Positions 24,201 to 33,924 of a stretch of 64,000 nt of DNA are shown here, one piece after another (position 1 is the first letter of the stretch; each line of letters begins with the position of its first letter). The notes below the pieces were generated by a model, which saw only the letters and a list, made by a program, of their open reading frames with translations, ran no database searches and was not told the DNA's origin. Made by a program: the position numbers and the translations under genes. This DNA is from Haliotis rufescens (Eukaryota), in the NCBI RefSeq assembly GCF_023055435.1, contig NW_025964392.1, positions 434,001 through 498,000 of the forward strand, written 5' to 3'.

Positions 24201-24757
24201 GTTGATGTTGTCGTGACTTTGTTTCCGAAGCCAAACAACAACTTCATCATGTCAGGAAGGAATTATATACTTGCTTGTTAGAGATGTGTCTTCTATTAAG
24301 TCGAAGGCGAATTTGGAAAGTCACATCTGGGGACATTCATTATAAGGAAGGTGGGACCAAGAGTTGTGTGAGTGATTGGAGTTAACTCCCCTTACCTTCA
24401 TTCAGAGTTGTTTCCCCTTGGTGTATGTAATGGCCACCCTCTGCTGTATGTAGCTACCTAGAACGCTGCCTCTAAAGAGAGACGCTTCCATCCAGTGCTA
24501 AAGTGCTCACACATCCATGTACAGTGGCAGGTTATTTATACTGTTGTGTAAATTAAAAATATACAAACATGAGTCTGTTGTTCTTGTTTTTACCTTACCA
24601 AAACCATGTGCTCTGTTGGACAGATAATGGTGATTATGTGCCTTAAGTTTTTTACTTTTCTTGAGCCTTGGTGAGACAAACCAATGGTCAAAGGTGAGCA
24701 CCAATCAGTTATTTACTGTGTTGTTATCAGCGCAAAGAGCTGATCATATGTGGTGTT

Positions 24758-25369
24758 CCACCAAGGAGATACTGTTTGTAGTCATGGAGCAAGATGCCTG
24801 TCTCATGACGGCTTAAAACATCACGCAGAGAAGGAGCTTGTGACTTCGTCTACCAAGGAGATACTGTCTGTAGTCATGGAGCAAGATGCCTGTCTCATGA
24901 CGGCTTAAAAACATCACGCAGAGAAGGAGCTTGTGACTTCGTCCACCAAGGAGATACTGTCTGTAGTCATGGAGCAAGATGCCTGTCTCATGACGGCTTA
25001 AAAACATCACGCAGAGAAGGAGCTTGTGACTTAGTCCGCCAAGGAGATACTGTTTGTAGTCATGGAGCAAGATGCCTGTCTCATGACGGCTTAATACATG
25101 GCTCAGAGAAGGAGTGAGTGAGTAAGTATGGTTTTACGCCGCTTTTAGCAATATTCCAGCAAAATCACGGCGGGGGACACCAGAATTGGGCTTCACGCAT
25201 TGTACCCATGTCGGGATTCGAACCCGGGTCTTCAGCGTGACGAGAGAACGCTTTAACCACTAGGCTACCCGACCACCCCCGCAGAGAAGGAGCTTTTGAC
25301 TTACTCCGCCAAGGCGATACTGTTTGTAGTCATGGAGCAAGATGCCTGTCTCATGACCCCTTAAAACAT
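24758..25369. repeat. ~93-bp tandem repeat (~5 copies) interrupted by a SINE
   Basis: CCAAGGAGATACTG...CATGGAGCAAGATGCCTGTCTCATGAC recurs. Confidence 0.9.
25115..25280 (-). mobile_element. SINE family 2, full length
   Basis: tRNA head (GGTAGCCTAGTGGTTAAAG; GGTTCGAATCC), Nimb-type tail; TSD CAGAGAAGGAG. Confidence 0.9.
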
Positions 25370-28051
25370 GAGTGAGTGAGTTAATATTTAAAGTCACATC
25401 GGTAATATTTCAGCCATATAGTGACTACATCAAATTATACAATACATCAATTTAGAATACAAACCTGTCGACAAAGGACAGTAAAAGAACTAGATTATCA
25501 CAGATGTAGGTTTAAAACTAGTAAATCACAATAAAACTTGACTGTTCATACAATACCATGCAAGGTAAAACTGGGCTATATATCACCAGCAACCTAAAGG
25601 TAGACCACCATGCTGAGGACCATGGGGACTTATAGTACCTTTGCTACCTGCATAGACCCTGGCAGGATTAACACCATCCCTTCAGTTGCTGGTGATTATG
25701 GAGAAGTTTAGCCAAAATTAAAACAAACAGATATTCTATGTTTAAAAACCTGGTATATATTAAATACTTTGACTACGCACCCTCTCTGGGGGACAATAAT
25801 TTTTACGCTGCTTCAACCCCCATCAAGGGTACAACCACTAACAGTCTCAGTTCATAATCATATACTACAAATTTATAAAATAATTCACTAAATACATCAA
25901 AATTTATGAATAAGTTCAATTTCTTTTAAAAAACATATTAAATGAGAACTATCATCATTAAAAAGGTCCTTAATTGTTTTAACACTGAAATATTTATCCC
26001 TTGTGATGGGAAAAAGCAACTGCGCCACCATCCTTGGATCCATCTGTAAATAAAGATTTATAAGTGTCGTATGTGTTTCGCAATTGATTGTATTCTTGTT
26101 TATAAATTAGTGGATTAGTATCAGATATCTTAAGTCTCATTAATGTGAGGTCTACATTTGGCCTTACCATTTGCCAAGAAGGCCATGAAAACAGTTGTAT
26201 GGCAGCTTTATCATGAAACTTAATCTTAGCAGCAGAAACAGAAATGACAGATTTAATTCTTATTCCAACTGTTGGAACAAGAGATGATTTCTTATTGTAA
26301 ATATCTTCATAAAGAGGATTAAACACACAATTAAAGGTGGATTTGACTGATTAGAATATAATTTAGTGATGTATTGTAAAGATAATTCCAGATGGCATTG
26401 TATAAGAGAAAGCTCATCCGCTTCAACAGAGAGACTTGGAATAGGAGAAGTACGAAAGGCTCTCAGGCCTTGGTGATGGACAGTATCCAGTTTTTGTAAG
26501 TTACTTTTACATGCTCCACCATAAACGATGGAGCAGTAATCAAGTTAAAGAACAGGTTAATGACCTGTATAAGTGTAAGAGTGTTGTCTGATCTCCTCCC
26601 CACTTTGATTTAGATACAACTTTCAACAATTCGAGTGCCTTCAGACATCTTGCTTTAAGTGCCTTAATATGTGGTAGGAACGTTAAATGGCTATCAAAGA
26701 TGAGTCCCAAGAATTTGGCCTCCTTTAAACTTCAAAAATAATTCAGGGTCTTTATGCGGCTTATATTTTCTGCCGAAGTGTATACAGTTACTTTCTGATG
26801 TAGAAAATTTAAACCCGTTTTGAAGAGACCACTTGTGAATTTTTAGACAGATTTGTAACTGTCTCTCATTGCACGCATATTTTTACCACGAGATTTATTA
26901 AAATCATCCACGAAAAGTGATCCATCCACTGACTGAATCACTTATAACCTTCGAAAGACTATTTATTTTTATACTAAATAAAGTGACAGACAAAATACTG
27001 CCTTGCGGGACACCCTGATCCTGATTTTAATGATCAGACTTGAAATTGCCTGTCAGATAAAAATTGTGATATGAAATGAGGTAAACGACCTCGCAAGCCC
27101 AAATCATTTAAGTCCTTTATAATGCCATGCTTCCAGGTAGCATCATATGCTTTCTCAAGATCAAAGAAAATGGATACTACGTGTTGTTTATTAACTATGG
27201 CATTTTTAACAAAGGATTCCAATCGTACTAAATGATCAGTAGTACTTCGATTTTTGCGGAAACCACATTGAATATTGGTAAGATCATTACTTTCCAGATA
27301 CCAAACTAATCTATTGTTCACCAGTCGTTCCATAGTTCTGCAAACGCAACTGGATAAAGAGATAGGGCGGTTATTTGAAGGATCCGCGTGATTCCGGCCA
27401 GGTGTTCGTATGGGGACTACAATGGCAACATACCACAAAGGTGGAAAATTCCCCGACGTCCATATTTGGTAAAGAATATCTAGAAGTGTCTCAAGACATG
27501 ATTCAGGCAAATGCTTTAATAACTGATAGTGAATATTATTATCCCCTGCTGCAGTATCATGAGCTTGCTCAAGAGCAATATGCAGCTCATGCAATGAAAA
27601 TACTTCATTGTAATCTTCACCATCACTGGAATCAAAATTAACCTTTTATTTTCCTGTTGTTTCTGATGTCTCTGAAACTCAGGGACATGATCTGTTGATG
27701 AAGAATGTTTGGCAAGAGTTTCGCCAAGTTTATTTGCAATGGCAGATTGATCAGTTATTAATGTGTCACCATCTTTGAGGTGGTTAACAGACGATTTGGA
27801 ACCTTTGCCTTTTATTTTTTTAACCATGTTCCACATCTTTGACATGGGTGTGCGTGAGTTAATTTTTGAGACAAAATTCCTCCATGATTGACGCTTATTT
27901 TGTTTATAAGCCCGTCGTGCTTTGGCACAAGTAAATTGAACATTATTTAGGTTGTGAACTGTAGGATGTTTGCGGAATTCTGTTTCTGCTTTCTTCCTAC
28001 TCTTCCTTGTTGTTTGCATTCATTGGTAAACCATGGTTTACGAACATGAGG
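25369..28051 (-). mobile_element. Older degenerate Nimb-like LINE (RT/RNase H remnants); continues at 33840-33920
   Basis: Frameshifted RPISLSSC, FFDLEKAYD and FTDGSK motifs; 3' UTR and (CACT)n tail; the reading frame resumes beyond the nested insertion (IADKTIPKSSANPHVRKPW). Confidence 0.9.
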
Positions 28052-28227
28052 TGAGTGAGTGAATATTGCTTAACGCCGCATCAGCAATTTTGCAGCTATT
28101 CGCGGCGAGAAATGTCTTTTTTGTAATCAGATATCAACCAATAGAATAAAAGTGATGTTGAAAATCACTAAAATCTCAGTCATATATCACATTCAGAGGT
28201 AAAAGACTGACTGTTCAGGTAAAAAAT

Positions 28228-31200
28228 CTATATTTTATCATAGAGCTTGATTTCCTTTAAATACGCTAAAATCAAGTGATTAGAAACTGTGGTAAAAAGT
28301 TCAGATAAGGTACGAACATTATCATAAAAACGTTGCCTGACAAGTGCAAAATCAACACATTCCAGCAGAATGTGCTTCATAGTAAGAGGGCTATGGCAAG
28401 GTATACAAAAAGGTGGATCTTCACCCTTCAATAAAAATGAATGTGTACAATAACTGTGGCCAATGCGGCACCGCTGCAAAACAACTTCATCATGACGATA
28501 TAAACCAGAATGGGCGTGACCACCAATCAGTGGTTTGATAGCATGAAGTTTGTTCATAGTCTTGGTATTCCAACTTTTTTGCCAATGGTCATTCACATAT
28601 TGTCTGATGGAAGGTTTTAGATCAGAATATGGGAAGTTTGTGTTGGAAATTGGTTTATTAAGAGCAGCTTTTGCCGAAGAATCTGCTTTACAGTTACCAC
28701 TGATGCCAACATGACTGGGCAGCCAACAAAAAATTATATCTTTTCCAGCTACGGATAAATTGAGATGACACCTTAAAATTTCAGCTAAAAATGGATGATC
28801 CACTTTTCGATTTTTGATGGCCTGTAAACAGGACAAACTATCAGATAATATGAGAAAACTGCTTTTAGAAGACTGTTCAATATATTGCAAAGCTAATAAT
28901 ATAGCCTGAGCTTCTGCCGTAAATATCGAACTTCCGTCAGTTATACGCATAGACACTGTATAATTGTTAGCAACAGCTGCAGCAGACACCTTTTCATCAT
29001 CTTTTGAACCATCAGTGTAAATACTTGTATAAGAGGAATATCGGTTCTTCAGTTCATGAAATTCTTGTTGATAAAATAATTGATTAGTGTCAGACTTCTT
29101 CAGGTTCGCTAATTCTAAATTAACAGCAGGTTGTATCGATTGCCAAGGAGGCATTTCTGAGATTTTGTATTCAGCAATGGCAGAGAGATTTAAATGAGCA
29201 TCCTTGATATGGGATTGCATGCGAATTCCAAGTGGTGGGATTGTGTTTGGATTTCTTATATATAAATGCTGGTATGGAGCATTGAAGATATTGTTAAATG
29301 CTGGATTAGAAGGATGAGAGCAGAGTTTAGTGATATATTGTAATGCCAGTTTTATTCGTCTTAAGCAAAGACTGGGTTCATTGGCTTCCACATATAGACT
29401 TTCAATTGGCGATGTCCTAAATGCTCCAAGACACAACCGAAGACCCTGATTGTGAATAGTGTCAAGGACTTGAATGTATGATTTACGAGCTGAGCCATAA
29501 ATGAAGCAGCCGTAATCAAGTTTAGACCTTATCAAAGTTCTATAGAGATGTAATAGTGTTTCTCTATCACCACCCCACCTAGTATTTGACACTACCTTTA
29601 AAATGTCAAGCGCCTTCAAACATCTAGCTTTAAGATTTTTAATGTGGGGTATAAATGATAACTTTTGATCAAAGGTAATACCTAAAAACTTGGTTTCTTT
29701 GACCACTTTTATTGGAGTATTATTTAAAGTCAATTCAGGATCTTTATGCAGTTTCCGTTTATTGCAAAAATGAACACAGCAGGTTTTAGTTTTGGAAAAC
29801 TTAAAACCATTTTCTAAGGCCCATTTCTGTATTTTATTGAGACAAAGCTGTAACTGTCTCTCAATGCTATTCATATTTGCACCACAGCATGAAACATTAA
29901 AATCGTCAACAAACAACGAACCATCAATATTTTCATTTAAAACTTGAGCAAGACTGTTGATTTTAATGCTAAAAAGTGTCACTGATAAAATACTGCCCTG
30001 AGGGACCCCCATTTCCTGATCATATATCTCGGACAATGTGGATCCAACTCTAACTTTAAATTTTCTATCTTCTAAAAAGCGAGTGATGAAATCAGGCATA
30101 CGGCCACGTATACCCATGTCGTGGAGATCTTTTAATATACCATACTTCCACGTGGTATCGTAAGCCTTCTCAAGATCAAAAAAGATCGACACAACATGTT
30201 GCTTGTTTACAAAGCCATTCCGTACAAATGATTCCAATCGGACAAGATGATCGATGGTGCTCCTGTTGTGTCTAAAACCACACTGAATGTCTGTGATCAG
30301 ATTATTTGATTCAAGAAACCAAACGAGACGCCGGTTAATCATCCGTTCCATGGTTTTACAGAGACAACTTGTCAGAGCAATAGGTCTGTAATTAGAAGAA
30401 TCTGTGTGATCTTTACCAGGTTTAGGCACAGGTATTACAGTAGCCTCATGCCAGGAAGGAGGGAAGTTACCATTTTCCCATATACTATTAAATATGGATA
30501 AAAGGGTTAAAAGAGAAGTCTCAGGAAGATGTTTCAAAAATTGATAATGTACGTCATTTGGACCAGAAGCTGTATCATGAGCCTTGTTCAAAGCCTCTTG
30601 TAACTCAGTCAACGAAAAGGATTCATTATAATCCTCTGCATTATCAGACCGAAAATTCAGAGTTTTCCTTTCCTGCTGATTTTGAAATTTTTGAAATTTT
30701 GGGTCATAGTTGCTAGAGGAGGAATTTTGGCTGAACGTTTCTGCCAACTTATTAGCAATATCCTGTTTTGATGTCAATACATCATGATTAGATTGTAGAT
30801 GCTGAATATTGCTCTGTGACCCCTTTCCTTTTATCTTTCTTATCATATTCCATACTTTATTAAGGGGTGTACGAGAATTTATTTTTGAAACAAACTTTTT
30901 CCAGCTTGAACGTCTATTTTGTTTAATTGTTCTACGAGCCTTTGCTCTTGACATTCTTAAGCAGTTTAAATTATTGGCAGTTGGGTGTTTATTAAACACT
31001 CTTTCAGACTTTTTCCTATTTTTCCGAGCTTTTCTACAATCGTCATTATACCATGGTGTTTTTACATGTGGATTTGTCGAGGTCTTAGGAATAGTTTCTG
31101 TGGCAATGTTGATTAATTTATCCGAAAATGATCTGATCTGATCAGGATCATCAATAAAATTTTCAAAGGTTAATTTATCACTGCACATTGTACTAAAGGT

Positions 31201-31914
31201 TTGCCAATCTGCCTTGTTGAGTTTCCATTTAGTAATGGGTGGGTCCTGACAAGGAACGATAGTTTTGAGTAAGGTTGGGAAATGATCACTCCCACAAAGG
31301 TCATCATGTACTGACCATGAGAACTCATCTAAAAGAGACGGATCAGCAAAGGCTAAATCAAGAGCTGAGTAAGTACCAGTCGCTGGATGTAAATACGTGT
31401 TGCTACCATCATTAAATAGACAGAGATCATGCTTCTGGAGCAACTCTTCGAGTATTTTCCCTTTATGATTTTGATCACCCGAACCCCATAATGGGTTGTG
31501 ACCATTTAGATCGCCCATAAGCAAAAATGGCTTAGGAAGTTGGGTGATAAGAGTATCTAAATCTTTTATCTGAAGTGCAGTGGATGGAGGTAAATACAGA
31601 GAACATAAAGTAATAGCAATATGCAGAGTTAATCGTACTGCAACTGCCTGTAGGTTGGTATTTAGCGGTATAGCACTGTGTAATGTTCCTTGTCGAACGA
31701 GTACACTGGCACCACCCGTTCTTTTACTATTGGTAACCCTTGCATATGAATGAAACATATGATATTGACGGAAGTCAATATTATCGCAATCTCTTAAATA
31801 TGTTTCTTGAAGACTAAAAGCCACAGGATTAAATTCCTTAGATAGAAGTTTAACCTCATCAAAATTCGCCCTAAGCCCTCGACAGTTCCATTGTATAATA
31901 GTGTTATTATGCAT
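28228..31914 (-). CDS. LINE ORF2: AP endonuclease - reverse transcriptase - RNase H - C-terminal Cys/His motif (1228 aa)
   Basis: QWNCRGL, LQET, GDLN, SDHFP; GVPQGSILS, FVDD; YTDGSK...AE...SDS...WLPSHVGISGN. Confidence 0.96.
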   Translation of the reverse strand: MHNNTIIQWNCRGLRANFDEVKLLSKEFNPVAFSLQETYLRDCDNIDFRQYHMFHSYARVTNSKRTGGASVLVRQGTLHSAIPLNTNLQAVAVRLTLHIAITLCSLYLPPSTALQIKDLDTLITQLPKPFLLMGDLNGHNPLWGSGDQNHKGKILEELLQKHDLCLFNDGSNTYLHPATGTYSALDLAFADPSLLDEFSWSVHDDLCGSDHFPTLLKTIVPCQDPPITKWKLNKADWQTFSTMCSDKLTFENFIDDPDQIRSFSDKLINIATETIPKTSTNPHVKTPWYNDDCRKARKNRKKSERVFNKHPTANNLNCLRMSRAKARRTIKQNRRSSWKKFVSKINSRTPLNKVWNMIRKIKGKGSQSNIQHLQSNHDVLTSKQDIANKLAETFSQNSSSSNYDPKFQKFQNQQERKTLNFRSDNAEDYNESFSLTELQEALNKAHDTASGPNDVHYQFLKHLPETSLLTLLSIFNSIWENGNFPPSWHEATVIPVPKPGKDHTDSSNYRPIALTSCLCKTMERMINRRLVWFLESNNLITDIQCGFRHNRSTIDHLVRLESFVRNGFVNKQHVVSIFFDLEKAYDTTWKYGILKDLHDMGIRGRMPDFITRFLEDRKFKVRVGSTLSEIYDQEMGVPQGSILSVTLFSIKINSLAQVLNENIDGSLFVDDFNVSCCGANMNSIERQLQLCLNKIQKWALENGFKFSKTKTCCVHFCNKRKLHKDPELTLNNTPIKVVKETKFLGITFDQKLSFIPHIKNLKARCLKALDILKVVSNTRWGGDRETLLHLYRTLIRSKLDYGCFIYGSARKSYIQVLDTIHNQGLRLCLGAFRTSPIESLYVEANEPSLCLRRIKLALQYITKLCSHPSNPAFNNIFNAPYQHLYIRNPNTIPPLGIRMQSHIKDAHLNLSAIAEYKISEMPPWQSIQPAVNLELANLKKSDTNQLFYQQEFHELKNRYSSYTSIYTDGSKDDEKVSAAAVANNYTVSMRITDGSSIFTAEAQAILLALQYIEQSSKSSFLILSDSLSCLQAIKNRKVDHPFLAEILRCHLNLSVAGKDIIFCWLPSHVGISGNCKADSSAKAALNKPISNTNFPYSDLKPSIRQYVNDHWQKSWNTKTMNKLHAIKPLIGGHAHSGLYRHDEVVLQRCRIGHSYCTHSFLLKGEDPPFCIPCHSPLTMKHILLECVDFALVRQRFYDNVRTLSELFTTVSNHLILAYLKEIKLYDKI

Positions 31915-33140
31915 TATGGTGCACTGACAGGAGACCTTTCACGGCCTTTTTTCCTAGGGGAATGGCTTCTTGATCGTGTGTTTTGTGGAGAAGACACATC
32001 CATGTCCTCGAACACACCAAACCTATTAAACATAGTAACAGGATCTCTTTGACCCTTAGGGAGACGATCTGATTTGCCTTTGTTTTTTGAGTAATCAACA
32101 TTTGGATTTGATTTCTTAGCTGGTTTTTGGGTAGGTGTTTGAGAACTGGCAGTTTCTAAGACAATTGCTGAATTAGCAGAAAGTGAAAGTATTTCAGGTG
32201 ATTCCGTTGAGGTCCATGTGTAATCTGTCTGACATCCGACAGTTGTGTGTGAAACAGGCTGGGGAACAGGCCGTGTACTTGGTCGTGAAACAGCTGCAGA
32301 GTAAGAATTTCGAACACACTGTTCTTCATCTAAAACAATTTTCTTAGCATCTTGAAAAGAGATGTTCCGCTCATGTTTGACTTTGACAACCTTTGACTCG
32401 CGTTTCCATACTGGACATTCTTTTGAGGAGGAAACATGGTTACCGCCACAATTCACACATGAGGGATCTTTATCACACTCAGAACCATCTGCACAATTGC
32501 CACCACAGCGATGACAAGCAGCCTGTTTGTCGCATGCTCTGGAACCATGTCCATAGTGTTGACATTTGTAGCATCTCAATGGATTTGGTATGTACATATC
32601 AACCTTGATACTACAATATCCTGCTCGAATTGAAGTTGGAAGAGTCGGAGTACCAAAAGTAAACAGGTACGTATTGGTCTTGGTGACCTCACCATTTCTC
32701 TTTGAAGTAAACCGTTTCACAGAGAGAACATGTTGGCTTTTGAGTTCTTCAAGGATATCTTCTTCACTCATATCAGCCAGGAATCTACCTCTGTCTCGTA
32801 CTATTCCCTTGCTGCTATTTAGTGACCTATGCGGAGAAACCACAACGGGAACATTTGCCAGTGACTTTATGGACAGAAGGCTAACTGCTTGTTTGTGTCT
32901 CTTACATTTTATCAGCAAACACCCACTACGTAGTCTTTTGGCATCTTCGACATCTCCAGCTATGCCTTGTATAGCCTTCTCAACGGCAAATGGGTTAAGC
33001 TTAAGAGGTGAACCATCCAAAGCAGAAATGACTAGAAATCTGGGCCAGTTTTCAAAAGTGACAGTAGCCTGCGGACGAACGTCCTCAGTACCAAACGAAT
33101 CATCTGAATCATGGGAACGTTTTTTCATAGGGGGTTCCAT
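31914..33140 (-). CDS. LINE ORF1, gag-like nucleic-acid-binding protein (408 aa)
   Basis: YIPNPLRCYKCQHYGHGSRAC and CVNCGGNHVSSSKECP zinc knuckles; stop codon overlaps the ORF2 start (TAATG). Confidence 0.94.
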   Translation of the reverse strand: MEPPMKKRSHDSDDSFGTEDVRPQATVTFENWPRFLVISALDGSPLKLNPFAVEKAIQGIAGDVEDAKRLRSGCLLIKCKRHKQAVSLLSIKSLANVPVVVSPHRSLNSSKGIVRDRGRFLADMSEEDILEELKSQHVLSVKRFTSKRNGEVTKTNTYLFTFGTPTLPTSIRAGYCSIKVDMYIPNPLRCYKCQHYGHGSRACDKQAACHRCGGNCADGSECDKDPSCVNCGGNHVSSSKECPVWKRESKVVKVKHERNISFQDAKKIVLDEEQCVRNSYSAAVSRPSTRPVPQPVSHTTVGCQTDYTWTSTESPEILSLSANSAIVLETASSQTPTQKPAKKSNPNVDYSKNKGKSDRLPKGQRDPVTMFNRFGVFEDMDVSSPQNTRSRSHSPRKKGRERSPVSAP

Positions 33141-33768
33141 GGTGGTAGTGATTATGTTTCACCCTCTTGGCTCCCCACCCACCATGGAGTATCAACAAGG
33201 ACGATGCCATACACCTGTGGGCCTCCGACAGGTGACACCAAGGATACCAAGAGGGTATACTCAAGCAGAAGCATCAAAAAATGTTCCACCGGATTGGCCC
33301 ATGAGCCACCGCCTTCTGGGCATTATGACTCTAGGCAAACATAGCAATGTTCAAGTAATTCTTGATTTTATAATTTCAAACAATAGATGTCTACACGAAA
33401 ATGAGTGTAACAGGAGATGGTTCTATTAGTTAAAGAACATCTGAAGTCAAATTGATCAGTACAATAAATTGAAATATAGCTCATGACCACCGAAATTGTG
33501 CAAATGAAATTAAACGCACAGGGCATGGCATGACCAGCCGATTGATAGGACCGGGCCCATCCTACCACCCGTCTAGGCGAAGTAAGGGTCGAAGTGGTGT
33601 ATTGGGCAAAGGAACGCTATTCCTGGAACCATTGCCCTCAACCACCAGACTCCCGTCCTCCGCCGACACAGGGACGCAACCCACGGCAAACAGGTTGCCC
33701 ATTTTAGTCGCCTCATACGACCAGCAATGGGAGGCTGTGGAAATATTCTGCCCCGGTTCCACACGGGG

Positions 33769-33826
33769 GAAGAGCGATTAGCGTTACCCAGCACTCACCA
33801 CGAGGAGGTTGCTCTTCACGAGTGCC
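33769..33826 (-). ncRNA. Minimal HDV-like self-cleaving ribozyme at the LINE 5' end
   Basis: GGCACUC-GU-GAAGAGC-A-ACC-UCCUCGU-GGU-GAGUGCU-GG-GUAAC-GCUAAUC-GCUCUUC gives P1 (with G1-U wobble), P2, P3, L3, P1.1 and a J4/2 C; G1 abuts the TSD. Confidence 0.88.
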
Positions 33827-33924
33827 TACGAACATGAGGATTTGCAGAGGACTTTGGAATTGTTTTGTCAGCAATACTATTTAGTTGACCCGAAAACAAC
33901 TGTATTGGATCTGAAATGTCCGTC

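Larger units (their letters stand above)
18708..24580 (+). other. Probable long RYK 3' UTR with a candidate polyA signal ATTAAA at ~24552
   Basis: Repeat-poor stretch after the stop codon. ATTAAA is followed by GT/T-rich sequence just before the TE-dense DNA begins. Earlier AATAAA hexamers also exist, so the end point is uncertain. Confidence 0.35.
28052..33826 (-). mobile_element. Full-length, intact I-group (Nimb-like) LINE
   Basis: ORF1 + ORF2, (CACT)n tail, perfect 13-bp TSD TACGAACATGAGG (28039-28051 / 33827-33839). Confidence 0.96.

Noticed and set aside
25115-25280. tRNA genes (also at 323, 39769, 45050 and 61912)
   Set aside because: tRNA-like heads continue into SINE bodies with LINE tails and TSDs.
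32590-33429. 279-aa plus-strand ORF (and 58038-58700)
   Set aside because: Antisense shadow of LINE ORF1 with no recognisable motifs.
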